From assembly GCA_009602735.1 (NCBI GenBank), contig WELA01000937.1, positions 178,092 through 242,091 on the forward strand: a DNA stretch of 64,000 nt, read 5' to 3'. Origin of the DNA: Mesotaenium endlicherianum. Taxonomy: Eukaryota. The translations under genes and the position numbers were made by a program. The notes below the pieces were generated by a model that was not told the origin of the DNA, did no database searches, and saw only the letters and a list, made by a program, of their open reading frames with translations. Below, one piece after another: positions 36,308 to 49,513 of this stretch; position 1 is the first letter of the stretch, and each line of letters begins with the position of its first letter.

Positions 36308-39300
36308 CATACAATTGCATATGCACGTATATATATATATGCCTCTGTATGTGTATGCGTATATAAACACTCATGACAATCGCGTTGTTTGCCCCATCGC
36401 GGAGCGCAGCGCATGATGGCCATTATGGTCGGCTGCACGCGCGACGCCATTGCCAGGTGGACTGCCGACGTGGCGCGTCGCCACCGCGCCAGCAATGCAG
36501 CGGCCCCCGCCACTGCAACCGCCGCCGCCGAGTTCGAGATGAGCAGGGAGCTCTCGAAGCTGACTCTCGACATTATCGGCAAGTCCGCATTCGGCGCCGA
36601 GCTCGTCGGGGCGGCGGGGGGGGCGGGGGCGGGCAGCGGGCGGGCGGCGTTCATCTGGGAGGGAGTAAACGAGACCGTGGGTCTCTCCGCCCGCATGGCG
36701 CTCAGCGGCCTCGCGTTCGTTCCCTTTGCCAGGCAAGCAACGCGCTGACACCGGTGTGGCGCCCACCTGGCGCTCACCTGGCGCATGCCTGACGCAGACT
36801 TGGCGCAGCCTGGCGCTTGCTGGGCGCACTCCTGGCAATCTCTCTCTCTAGTGCACTCCGATGCACTGTTTGTGCATTTTTGGGCAGTTTGCAAACATCT
36901 GGGCACGTTAAACACGGATTCTGCGTGCTGCGTGTGTTGGGGAGCGACGCCTTGCTGGAAGCGCAGCGTGCCTCAGATGCCACTCTGTATGTTTGTGCTT
37001 TCACTCAAGCCGGGCGTGCGGCCGGCAGACCCAGGTTTCTGTGCCCCGCATGCACGCCAGAATGTATCTATGCAGGGGGTTGATGAGTCGTATGCAGACG
37101 TTGAAACTTTTGACGTGTTGTACGCAGGCATTGAAACGTAAGAGACTGCAGTTTAAGTGTGCGTGTACTTGGACCGGGGGGGGAGATGGTGTTTGTTACT
37201 GTGTGGATGTGTGTAACAAAGGGAGGGAGGGGGGGAAGGGAAGGGAGAAACACTCGCTAAGCAGAAGCTGCACTCTTGAATTTGGCATCCTGCAATAATC
37301 TGGTACCTAATATAGTCCCGCGTTGTGTGTCTGTCATTTGCCCGTGCGAATCCATGTGGAGCCCTGTATGTATGCGTACTTTTGTTGCACGTAAATTCTA
37401 TATACACGGTCATATGTACAATTGATTCCACTCCAGTTTGCTTCTAACAAATCTGTGAGGGGCGCGCTTCACTCTCTCAATGCCAGGCTGTTGCCGCTGC
37501 CCGGGCGGGCAAAGCTGCGCGCGCGCCAGAAGGCGATCCGCGCGCTCATGCTGGATCTCATCCGCGACCGCCGCATGCTCCAGGCACAGGTGTTAACCCT
37601 GCGTTGACCTATGCTGACCTCTGTGCACCACTTCCCGGTTGTCTACTCGAGTGTAAGAACTTGTGCATGAAGCATGGCCGGCCAAGTTCTTACCTCAGAT
37701 ACGTGGGTGTCGTTAACTGAAAGGTCGTTACCTTCCTGCAAGAAGGCGTAAATGGCCCACACCGGCTGTGCTTGGAGCGTTGGTAGCTACTTGATGGTAT
37801 GCGCATCAAGTGCTTGTATGTTGTGGCGAGAGCTGTTGCTGCCGTGTTGCTTGCGCAAAATATACCGCCGCAAAAACTAACCCCTTTCGCTTCATTGCAA
37901 CGAATGTGGTCCTTGTTGTGCTCTTACACTTTCGGTCGATTCTAGACTGCATGTGTTTCTTCTGCCGACCTGGGGAGGCGCGGGAGGCGGCTTGAAGGGA
38001 CAGCGCTCATACAACTTTGTGTCATGTGAATATGCGCGCTCAATGTGCACGCCAGGGGTATAATGTGCACATTTACGCGCACGCGCGCGTGCGCGCACAC
38101 ACACACGGCCGTGCGCATCATGTGCGTACGTAGTTTTTGCAAGCAAACGGCAATGAGGCGGTGCATGACAGCGGCGGGGGGGGATTGCGTGCGAGCGCAG
38201 GGGCACGCGGGTGACGACCTGCTGGCTCACATGATGGCCGCCCGCGACAACGACGGCCAGCCGGGCGGCCCGGTCGGTCGGGCGGCGGCGATGAGCGACA
38301 CGCAGCTGATGGACGAGTGCATCACCTTCCTCCTCGCGGGTGGGGCGCTGCCCCCTCCTCCCCTCTCTTCTGCTCTCCCCTCCCCTCTCCTCCCCTCTCC
38401 TCTCCTCTCTTCTCCTCCCCTTTCCTCCCCTCTCCTTTCCTCTCCTCTCCTCTCTTCTCATCTCCTCTGCTCTGCTCTTCCCTCTTCCAGAGTTGCCCCT
38501 CTTTCTCCTCTGCGGTCCGCCTCCTCCTCTCCACCTCTCCTGCTGTTTCCGCCTTCTCCTCCTCCTGCTTCTTCTCGTTCCTCCTCCTCTCCAGCTCCAG
38601 CTCCTGCTCCAGCTCCTCTCCGTCTCCCTCCTCCCCCTGCCGCTCTTCCTCCTCCTCTTCCTCCTCCTCCTCCTCCTGCGCTTCCTCCTGCCCCTCCTCC
38701 CCCTTCCCCATTCACCGTCCCTTGTCGCCCTCCTACACGTCCTCTTGCACTCCTCCTGCCCCCTGCCTCTGCCTCCCCCCCGTCGCACTCCTCATCGTCC
38801 TCCTCTGTCTTCTTGCAGTGGCTATGAGGCCCCGAGCTCGTGCCTGAGGCGTACAAAAATGCATTGTCCCACATCTGTCATCCTCGGCATTGACGAGCCT
38901 GGGCCTTCCCTCCCCCTCTCATCTTGCTCCCTTGGAGGGGAGTTGTGCAGTGGCTCTGACCTGGCCGTTAAAGTTGGTCTCGGCGTTGCTCTTGGTTGCG
39001 TTGCCTCTGTCGTCTTTGCTCCCGCACATTCGTGCTCTGCTCCCGCCTGGTTTTGGCTCTCAGTACCCATCATTTCTCCTCATCTTTTATTTCTTGTTCT
39101 GGTTCACAGTTCACGAGAAGCTCTCTGGTGCTTCGCCTGGTGCGTGGTACGAACAGTGCACGTCAAAACATCCCATCGTGTGTTGAAGATAGGAGTCTCT
39201 TACACTGCCTGTAAATTTGAGTGGTCGAGCGTGTATAACCGCCATCTAGTACATCAGTGGCCCGTTTTTAAAGCCAAACAGCGCATCTCAGCCACGTTAT

Positions 39301-39859
39301 CATCACAAATTCGACGTTCAAAAGTTAAAGTTCTGCAAGCACGGGGCGCGTACTCAATCGAGATCACAAGATGTCAACTCGGTCAAGGAAGGTTCTGGCA
39401 TCTGCTGGGTGTAACAGCATGTAAGGGGTACAGGATGTTGAGTGCCTTCTATGCCAGCACCTTAAGATGTAACAGCTGTACCCAAACGTATATACCATAA
39501 CTGCAATTACCTTGTAAACACCTGATGAATGACCTCGAATAGATTTCAATCAGAAAACTGGATATGTGTTGCGCGCACGCGTGCAGGGCACGAGACGACG
39601 TCGCAGCTGATGACCTGGTGCATGTACCTGCTGGCCACGCACGCCACCTGGCAGCAGCGCGTGCGCGACGAGGTCCTGCGCGAGTGCCCCGACGGCGACG
39701 GCGCCCCCACCTGGGAACAGCTGTCGCGCCTCAAGAGCGTCCACATGGCGCTCCTGGAGTCCCTCAGGCTCTACCCCCCAGTGCCCGTTATCTCGCGACA
39801 GTGCAATGAGGTACCGTTCCACAAAAGAAGCAAGAGGAAGGAAGAGTGAGGAGGAGAGA

Positions 39860-39903
<44 letters not shown>

Positions 39904-42084
39904 TTGGGGGGGGGGGGGGGGAGGAATCAATAGACAGGCGGCCATGTGCTTGTCAGAGACTACGCCTCTGGGGACCTGGCACAGGTGCGTGCAGCCGCCC
40001 CCCTCCCCTANGGGGGGGGGGGGGGGCAGTGAGTACCAGGCGAAGGGGGACTCTTGCCTGCTGATGAACTCCTTGAAGTTTATGGACAAGCACTTCTGTT
40101 CTTGTTCTTACGGAACCGCTAAATAAAAACACAGAATGGAGAGAGTGCAAAGTGTGAAGGATCGTGCGCACGTGTGCTTGTTCTGTGGAGTATGGAGCCA
40201 AATCACGCGGGTATAAGGAAGAAAGAAAGCACTAGCGGAGTCATTACTCTTATTTGCTCAGAATACAGTCCATCACAGCCAGCCTGTGGTGCGCTGCCTG
40301 TAGTTTACTCTTCTTCATATACATGTAACGTAAGCATGCATGTATGATCACATACATACATATGTGTGCGCATATCTACATGCATGTGTGTGTGTTTGTG
40401 CGCGTGCGTGTGTGTGTGTGTGTGTGTGTTGAGAAGTGAATACAAGTACATATGAATTCACGTACAGAGTGTGTAGAGACATTCATGTTGCCATAGCCCA
40501 ACGCTCGGACAGCGCTGACAACATAAGGGGGACATCCGCATTCTCATGAGTCTTATCCCAAGGCTCGCACCGTGCTGAGAGTGCCGCTGCTCCATGCGCC
40601 ACCTGGCGGGCTTGGCCGGTTTTGCGCAGAAGAGCCAGCTGGGCCCGTACTCGCTGCCAGCTGGCATCTCCTTCTCCATCTCCATCGGCGGCCTCCATTA
40701 CAGCCCCCAGTACTGGGGCGATGACGTGATGGACTTTAAACCCGAGCGCTTTGCGGGTGAGACCAGACACGAGGCGTGCACGCGTACCCACCGCTTGGAG
40801 CTAGGGCTCTTGTTGAATCGCTGCTGGCGCGGGGGCCCCCAGTCACGCCCCTTTGCCCCCCCTGAACCTTCCCAAGATAAACCTGAACCAATATTCTCAC
40901 AAACTCCATTGTGTTGGATAAGAGGCACAAAGTATGGTAAGCAGTTGTGTCCAACTAGGGCGTACTTCTGATTCTTACGATTGTGGCCAATTAAACAGAG
41001 AGGCGGTCTGTTAACCGGTTGCCATCTCTGGAGCTGTTTGTCAGTCACCTACTTGTACCAGCATGCAATTGAGCCTCGGGCAATTTGGCGCTTTAAATAA
41101 GCGCACTTGCCCCTCTCTCTCCTTCCTCCTCACTCTCCCCCCCCNCCGCCCCCCCATGGGGCGTCCACTCCCACTCCCGCCCTGCTCTCTCAAGCACAGC
41201 TACACCCGGCACCTGATGTGTTACATGTGTGTCCCTGATTCTGGGCTGCGACATGTCCCTCTAGAACCTGTATGGCAACGTGTTAAATGTTGTAATTCGT
41301 GACATCTCCCATCAAACCCTAATTTGCAGTTCTGTTTCCCTCGGGAGTTGTTCTGATGTTGTGACACTCTGTGTGGTGGCCTCTTTGTTGTGATCAGCTG
41401 CGATAGCCAATACCATTACTTACCTCCGCTTATGTGCCAATTAGGCGGTGGTGTTTACTTCGATACTCTGACTTTGACCCTAGTTTTTGCAGTCGTTCAT
41501 TGCTTCAGAGAGGAAGAACTCTTCATAGTGGAATTCATTTCACACATGTGGGCCTTGATTTCTGTATGTGGGCCAACACTAAGCTCGTAGCAGATGAGTT
41601 TAGAGCTAACTTCTGCCAGGTGTCAGTTCATGAGGTGCTTTCTAGACTAGCTTAGTCTTCGTGGAAGTCATTGATTGGTGACGAACTACAGCATCTGTGA
41701 TAGTTTTCCTGCTCAAGACGGGGTACCTTACATGCTATCAAAGGTTTTCCGGGGAACCTACTTGTAATTTGTAGGATATGAAGAGCTGTCTTTAATGTTG
41801 TGCTTTCTCTGTTTGCTTGTGCTTCTCTCCTTCTTCCCTCGCTTTCTACAGACGGCGTAGGGGCCGCTTGCACGCACCCCCAGGCGTACGTGCCCTTCAG
41901 CTCGGGTGCGCGCAATTGCATCGGGCAGACGTTTGCGCTCACAGAGGCGAAGGTGATGCTTGCGATGATCGCGCGTAACTTCTCCTGGGGGCTCTCTCCG
42001 GGATATCGCCACTGCCCCCGCTCCTTTGTCACGTTGCGGCCTTCCTTTGGGATGCCTCTCTTGTTGACTAGGCTCGAGAATTGA
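32772..42084 (+). CDS. Cytochrome P450, CYP72 clan
   Basis: Exons 32772-32944, 34434-34644, [C-helix exon not found, possibly in the gap], 36410-36732, 37487-37589, 38201-38339, 39587-39810, 40630-40756 and 41852-42084. Motifs: N-terminal membrane anchor, [40 protein letters not shown] and [11 protein letters not shown]. Confidence 0.93.
35361..35508. other. Assembly gap (N-run)
   Basis: Run of Ns inside the P450 gene. Confidence 1.
38345..38815 (+). repeat. Intronic CT-rich low-complexity tract
   Basis: (CCT)n and (CTCTC)n runs inside a P450 intron. Confidence 0.9.
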
Positions 42085-42357
42085 TCTAGTACCCTTCGAT
42101 TGGTTGCGGTGTTGATCAAGTTGGTTGAATATGTTCACTTACTGTTGACTGAGTGGGTGCTGTAGGTGCCCTTCCCGGATAGTTGGACCTTGTGATTTTA
42201 CTTCTTGTAAAAACTTTGTGGGCCGTAGGGAAACGGTAGGTGTGGATAGCATGCTCGGTGCGGACGTTGATTGATGTGTGTTAAGCAAAAGTGACTCCTT
42301 GATCAATGGAATGCAAAGGCGTCAACTAGTGACTCTTTCACTGAAATCTGATGTTTT

Positions 42358-42680
42358 AGAACTTGGTGACCAATCTGTAATCTGGTTAAATTGATGTTAA
42401 CGTGTAAACAATAGTTGCCCAACTTACATGGAAATCAAAGTGCATTGCGCCTTGAAGTTCAAGTTACCCTGTTGCAACACCAGTCTTTCTCATGACTTCA
42501 GTTATTTGAGATATGTATATCATCGTCTGAGCATCGAAGTGTTTGGGAGCATTGCAAAATATGGCAAACTAGTTGTGGCGAATTGTGACGCTTGTATGTA
42601 TGTGCATGATCCATTCCAACGTGGAAGGTTGCAGCTCTTCACTCCATTTGTCATTGCCTGCTGTAAGAATTTCATATGTA
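42358..42680 (+). repeat. Direct repeat X, copy 1 (about 320 bp)
   Basis: Aligns by eye with 49185-49513, from AGAACTTGGTGACCAAT to GTAAGAATTTCATATGTA. Confidence 0.92.
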
Positions 42681-43042
42681 CGTCTTCACGTTCCCTCCCT
42701 CTAATCAGTCAGCTTTCTCCCGTCGGGCTGGACGCTCTCCTAAGCGCCACAACAAACCGCTGCCGCTCCGCCATGCTCGTCACGCTCCCCCACATATCTC
42801 CCGCACCAATTGCCTCATATGGCTGTTTCAACGGCCTGCACACTCTCGAGGTTCTCAAGCGCCGCAACGAAAGCGCTTGCGCTCACCCCCAGGCTCTTCT
42901 TCACGCCCCCCCCCCCGGCACGCTCTCCCGTACCAGCCATCAGTCGGCCCTCTCGTCGGCCCGCACGCTCTTGGGCGCCCGCATCAGCCATCACTCAGCC
43001 CTCTCGTCCGCCCGCCCGCTCTCGAACGTCTTGCACCAGCCA

Positions 43043-44805
43043 TCAGACGGCCCTCTCGTCGGCCCGCACGCTCTCGAGCACGGCGAGAAAGCGCTTGCGC
43101 TCGCCCAGGCTCTTCATGCCCAGCTCCTCCCGCAGCTCCTCCGCCGTCAGGCCCAGGAGCACCTCTCCGCCGACGTCGTGCTCCAGGAAGGCGGCGGCGT
43201 ACCGCGCAAACCCGTTCTCCTGCAGCCACCTGGCGACGTCGCCCACAGTCCAGTCGCGGGGGCGCAGCCTGGCGGCGGCGCCGCCAGCAGTCGCCCTCAT
43301 GCTCAGCCTCTGGTCGAAAGACTCCAGCTCGCCCTGGTGATGCATTGCCTCCAGCTCCTCCTCCGAGAGAACCTCCTCCTTCTCTTCCCCTGCAGCAGCA
43401 ACAGCAGCAGCAGCAGGAAACCTCAGTGCACGCGCCAGGGAAGAGAGCAGATCCTTCTTCCCGTCTCGCGTTCTAACCTCCAACCTTCTCACCTACTCAC
43501 CTACTCTTCGTCCAACCTTCTCACATGATCCAGTTGCTGAGAGAAAGAGGCAGCCATGTATGGTGAGCCTGGCGAGGCCAGGTGTCACGAGAAGGCTCGA
43601 GTCATGCGCGCAGCATCAGCAGGGAGAAGGCAAAGGACACAACGAGAGAAGATGCAAGCGACGTGCTCAGCCGTCAACCTCAAGCCACATGGCCCACGAA
43701 TTACAAACACACACGCACGTAGAACAACACACGCAACGCACGCATCACACGCGCAGGCACGTGCACGCACACGCGTACGCGTCGCGCACGCACACAGCGG
43801 CGCGTGCGCGAGGAGCGTAGGCACGGAGCGCAGGCAAAGGCTGGAGTCGGACGCAGCCTCACCGCCAGCTGTCATGCCCTCGAGCGTACGCCCGCCAGCG
43901 ACCGCCAGGCGGTCGACCTTTTTCTGAACCTCTTTCTTAACCTCTTTCTCCCAGTCACTCGTACTGGAGCGCAACTTGTCGACCTCTTTCTCCCAGTCAT
44001 TCGTAGTGGAGCGCCACTTGTCGATCTCTTTCTCCCAATCACTCTTACTGCTCTTCTTGGCAAAGCACCTGACAGCAGGAGCATCCCCTCTACCGCTCGC
44101 TCCGCCCACTTTCTTATCCAAAAGCCCCAGAGAGCACCCATGCCAGCCGACAGCTGGTGCCAGGACTATGCCACCTGTCCGAAGCCCTAGCCAGGGCGCG
44201 CCTGCCGCCTGGCACGGCACGCTGCAGTGAGAGAGAAACCCCGACAACCCTCCCTGTCGGTGACTCGCGTGTGTGAAAGGAGCCCTTCCCTGGCCCACCC
44301 AGCTCCTGCTCCAAGTACTCCTCCCACCGGTGCTGCTGCGATTGGAAGCATGCCACCTGTCGCTCCCAGCATCAGCAAGAAGTGGATCCTGCCCAAGGCT
44401 GCGGTGGGCAAGGCAAAGGGCGCCACAAGCAGGACTACATGATTTCTTCTGGGCATTAGCCTTCCTTCTACCACTCCCACTTGTTCCTAAGCCCGCCCTT
44501 GCAGGCCAACGAGAAGTCCCTCCTCTGCCGGAGTATGCCGGTGACTCACCAAGAAGACCAGTAGACGACACATGGCAGCATGCTATGCCTGCAACTTGGA
44601 AGGACGTGCTCAACTGATAAGAGGCAGAGCACAAAGAACTCGTCCTGCATGCTTGCAGAGGGGCCGCCAGGAGCCTGCTTTGACTCTGAAAGCGAGTTTG
44701 GTTCCGACTTTGACCCCTACTTTGGGTGGAGTGAGCCGAAACGGCACACTTTCGAGTAGCGAGTGCCGCAAGCACTGAATTAATTGCATGCGCTGATGCC
44801 GTCAT
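43043..44805 (-). CDS. SAM-domain protein, internally deleted paralog (possibly a pseudogene)
   Basis: Exons 44805-43863 and 43389-43043, joined in phase. SAM domain DWTVGDVARWLQENGFARYAAAFLEHDVGGEVLLGLTAEELREELGMKSLGERKRFL. Lacks the hydrophobic middle of the 54035 copy. Confidence 0.7.
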
Positions 44806-45186
44806 GGCTTGTGCCTCAGTAGACGTGAGGACGGCTTATCACCGTACCTGAAGCGAAAGAGCGAAGGTGTAAGTTTTCACACACAGGACATGCCTAAAAC
44901 ATGTTCAAAGAGGCAAAGGATATCGCCATCCCCAAGCGCAAGGCCCGCGCTATTCAACGCTAGCTTCTGCAGGCTTCAGATCTTATGCTCTCAATGATAG
45001 CTGCTCCTTCCTGCACGAGAAGCTGCTTCAGTGATACAAAGGCTGGACAGTCCGCGTAGTTTCGAGATCCTGGAGATGGGATCCCAAGCGGCAGCGTATC
45101 TTTCTTGCGCTGAGGGGAACCTTTTAAGCTTGGCAGGGTGTCCATGCACCCTTCTCTTCAAACACTTCTACGGTTAAATTACTTCC

Positions 45187-48100
45187 TCTCTTTCGTAAGG
45201 CCCTACACTCTCTTTCGTGCCCTTACTGCTGCTCACTTCTAGTCAGTCTCGTTCATGCCCTTCATGCACCTTCATGCATCGCAATTGAATGTCCAAGAGG
45301 GGCCGACTCTTTCCCCTCACGGACGCGCCCGAAAAATGCCGACAAAACTAAACGTGCACGACATAATTGAAACGTCGAAGCAATTGACGTCAAAAACGTC
45401 GACGGGATCGACGGCGCCGGTCGCCGTCAAAACACATCAACCACACGAAGACAAGGCGGGGCCAAGCAAGAAGAGGCCTCGCGCCATGTCCGACTATCAA
45501 AAAGACGAGGGAGGGTCGACACAACTCACCACCCGGTGCGCCCCCCCGCTCCCCTCCTGCCAACGGCCATGGCTCCTGAGTCGTGAGGCGTCCCTGTGCA
45601 AACACACAAGAAAAACAAATGACGATTACGAGCAACGAGCATTTATCATGCACCGGCCTGGCGCACTCAAACCATGCACCGACGTCGAGGACTCGAACGA
45701 TCCCGAACACGTCGAAACGACGTCACGTCCGCCCACGGAATGCGATGCGAACGTGCGAGGGCCCTTACTGATTTCCCCCTCACAGAGGTTATGTGAGGGG
45801 CGCCTTACTGACGACCACAAATACATACTACATCCTGCATCGAGAAACAAACACGTATGTAGTGCCCGTTTGTGGTCGTCAGTAAGGCGCCCCTCACGTA
45901 ACCTCTGTGAGGGGAGATCAGTTAAGGGCCTTGCACGTGCGCGTCGGGATCCGTGGTCGAACGCGACGTCGATTCGACGTGTTCGAGATCCTTCGAGACT
46001 CTTCGTTGGCATCGATGCACAGTTCGACTACGCCGGGCCGGCGCACGATAACTGCTCGTTGTGGCATCATCATTTGCTTTTTTTTTTGCATTTGTGCAGG
46101 GACGCCTGACGACTCTCGAGCCATGGCCGCTGGCGAAAGGGGAACGGGGGGGCGGACGGGCCGAGGTGAGTTGTGTCGACCCTCCCTCTTCTTTTTGCTG
46201 TCAGACATGGCGCGGGCCCTCTTCTTGCTTGACCCCGCCATGTCTTCGTGATGGCTGATTTGTTTCATCGGCAACGGGCGCCGTCAATTTGTACAACGTT
46301 TCAAATTTATGTCGTGCACGTTTCGATTTGTCGTCATCGTTTGGGGGCGTCCGTGAAGAGGATTTGTCGGCCCCCTCACAAACATTCAATCCGATCTAGT
46401 AAGGGTACCAAAGACTGTGAGAACGAGGCATGTTCTGTGTTCGTCAGTAAGGCGCTCCTCACGTAACCTCTGTGAGGGAGAAATCAGTGTGGGCCTCGCA
46501 CGTGCGCGTCGGATTTTGTTGAAAGGGGCAGAGTGCCCTAGTGGAAGCGTAGTGACTCACGAGGAAAGGAACTAGTTGCCATCATACTAGAGAGTGCAGC
46601 GGCATATCACTAACAAAGCTTAGGAAAATTACTCAACATTTTGAGTAGCAGGAAACTGCTCACAAATGATGTAGGATGAAAGACCTTGTCATTACAAACC
46701 CGTAGAAATTTACAGAAGTGAAAACTGATAAGAAACAAAGAAGTTATGCCTATTTATAATTTTCTGCCTAAATGCTCCCCTCTAGGAGGAAGTTACGGAT
46801 TTTCCGAAGTGTTCGTCAAATCGTCCCTTCCAGAATGTTCGTGAGTATGCCAGATCGGTCTAATCTGACGCGTCGGGCTGAATTGACGTCCACATACATG
46901 CATCGACATTACTAGAATATTCTATCTTAGACGCGCTAGGCTAAACCGAAACTTCTAGGTAAATCGACCTAGTCGGCACTCCGCGTCAGCCGAACTTACG
47001 TGAAGGTTCGAGTTCATTCTAACGGGCCAGATCGCTCGACGCTGTCGGTCAATCCGACGGTCGCGCTCACCGCGAATTAAGGACAGTCGTCAACCGACCT
47101 CAAAACTAATTAAACTTTGGAAATCCATAACTTTCTCAATACTTGACCAAATTCGATGAACTTTATATCAAAATGACCACAAAAATGCATTCTACACTAC
47201 TATACAATCAAAACATACTTTCATGAAACTCAAAAATGCACTTTATAAACCTATGACCTTACATTTGTGGTCGGACGCGCGTCAGGCCCTTCGATGTGTT
47301 TGAGATGGTTCGAAACGAAGGAGGTTCGCCTGCGCCGAGCCGGCGCACTATATGTGCATCGGATGTCGTCAAAATCATAATTCAATTGACATTTTTTTGG
47401 TTCTTGTGTTTGTGCAGTGACGACTGCCAGGCCATGGCCGCTGGCGGGAGGGGAGCGGGGGGCGGACCGGTCTAGGTGAGTTGTGTCGAGCCTGCCTTGT
47501 CTTTTTTATTGTTGGCCATGGTGCGAGGCCCTTCTTGCTTGGCCGTGCCTCTTTGTTTTTGTGATATTTGATTTGTTTCGACGCCGACGGGCGCCGTCCA
47601 GTTGTTTCGACATTTTATTTTTTGTCGTGAACGTTTTCATTTCTCGTGATCACCGATTTGGTCACGATGATGCTTGCTTTTCAAATTTGTCGTTATCGTT
47701 CGGGGCGTTCGTGAGGGGAAGTTGGCCCCCTCAAAATTCTGACCACAATCAAGAACGAGAACGAGCCCGTGGGGTACGAATTGAATGTTTGTGATGGAGC
47801 CGACAATTTCCCCTCATTAGCACCCCCAAACGATGACGACAGATTAAAACGTTGACGACCAAAATTAAAACATCAAAAAAATCGACGGCGCTCGTCGCCG
47901 TCGAAACAAATTCAATATCACAAAGAGCAAGGCGGCACAAGGCGGGGCCAAGCAAGAAGAGGCCTTGTGCCATGTTCGACACTAAAAAGACGAGGGAGGG
48001 TCGACACAACTCACCTCGGGCGGTGCGCCCCCCCGCTTCCCTGTCGCCAGCAGCCATGGCCCGTCAGTAGTCGTCAGGCGTCCCTGCACAAAGACAAAAG

Positions 48101-48340
48101 AAAAATGAATGACGATTCCGATGTCACAACGAGCATTTATCATGCGCCGGCCCGGCGCAGTCGAACTCTGCATCGATGTCGATGCAGAGTCTCGAATGAT
48201 CTCTAACAAGTCAAAACGACGTCTCGTCCAACCACAAAAACCAACCCGCACGTGCGAGGCCCTTACTGATTTCCCCCTCACAAGAGGGTACGTGAAGTGC
48301 GCCTTACTGATGATCACGAATACGGCCCTATAAGGCCCGA
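45187..48340. mobile_element. Foldback-like non-coding insertion made of four related units of about 0.5 kb (orientation + - - +)
   Basis: Absent from the paralogous inverted arm near 53650. Flanked by TACTTCC at 45180-45186 and 48341-48347. A shared core GGCGGGGCCAAGCAAGAAGAGG occurs near 45455 (+), 46230 (-), 47540 (-) and 47941 (+). Confidence 0.75.
46520..47263. mobile_element. Solo LTR (744 bp)
   Basis: TGAAAGG...CCTTACA ends with a 5-bp TSD TTTGT (46515-46519 and 47264-47268). The host repeat unit resumes on both sides. Confidence 0.85.
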
Positions 48341-49184
48341 TACTTCCATTACATTCATTCCACGATGCTTTTAGAGAGGAAACTTCCTCGCCAAGTCATT
48401 CCGATGTATTTCAACTACATACGATTAATTTTGATTCTCAAGAGTAGCCCGTCATTAAAAGTCAAGGTAAGGAGGTGTTGCCACGAGCATTATAGCGCTC
48501 CCACCTGGCTCACGCCATGCCGAATATCCTATGCTAGTCTATGCTACACTGATAAATAACGACCATAGTGCGGATGTCCGAGCATCGTTGACGCTTGTAT
48601 CGACAGTTTTCTTGCGTGAAATCCTACTATCTACACAAAATTATACGTTGAACGAAGTAAAAGGGTGAAAGGTTTGGGCTAATGCAAGATAGACAAGTGT
48701 TCGTATGAAGCTTCACCATGTCGTACAACTTATGACCATGCTTCCACCATTTCTTTTGTAAATTTATCTATTGATCAGTTGACCAACACTTGAGCAACTT
48801 GCTGATTGTAAGAAGAGTGCGTTTGTTTAAATTTAAAAAGATGAATCTTTTTAGTGATTCATGCATAGACCATTGTCAAAGTGTACCTGAAGCTGTTTGT
48901 GGTTGTTCTTGTTTTTGAAATAATCACACGTGACTCTTTTTGAATATACGGGTGTTCTTAACTCAAAATGGAGCATGCAACATCTCTCAACATTTTGATC
49001 CGCGCATAAATGCGATGGCACACGACACGGAAGTGGTTGTGCCACACACAACTAAGAACTATGACCTTTTGCATCAGGTCAAGAAGCATAAGTAACTGCA
49101 CACTAGCATTCTTTTTTCTATAAGAGGGGTTTTTGGAGGGTAATTTTTTTGTGATTGACAATAGCCAATGTTGTTTGATGATAC

Positions 49185-49513
49185 AGAACTTGGTGACCAA
49201 TTGATCTGTAATCTGGCTATATTGATATTAACGTGCAAATAATAGTGGCCCAATTTACATGGAAATCAAGTGCGTTGAGCCTTGAAATTCAAGCGACCAT
49301 GTTGTAACACTAATCTTTCTCATTACTTCATATAAATTTTCAGACATGTACATCAACATGTGAGAATCGAAGCGTTTGGAAGCATTGCAGAATGTGACAA
49401 ACTAGTCGTGGCAAATTGTGACGCTTAATGTATGTGCATGATCCATTCTAAAGTGGAAGGTTGCAGCTCTTCACTCCATTTGTCATTGCCTACCTGTAAG
49501 AATTTCATATGTA
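49185..49513 (+). repeat. Direct repeat X, copy 2
   Basis: Diverged copy of 42358-42680. Confidence 0.92.

Noticed and set aside
37892..39500. Long Pro/Ser/Leu- or Arg/Glu-rich ORFs
   Set aside because: They are products of an intronic CT-rich tract; only 38201-38339 is a real exon.
42428..43528. Plus-strand 366-aa and 266-aa ORFs
   Set aside because: Antisense shadows of the GC-rich SAM exon and its repeats.
45255..46109. 284-aa ORF in the foldback insertion as a transposase
   Set aside because: It has no recognisable motifs, crosses the palindrome centre and is not preserved in the sister units.
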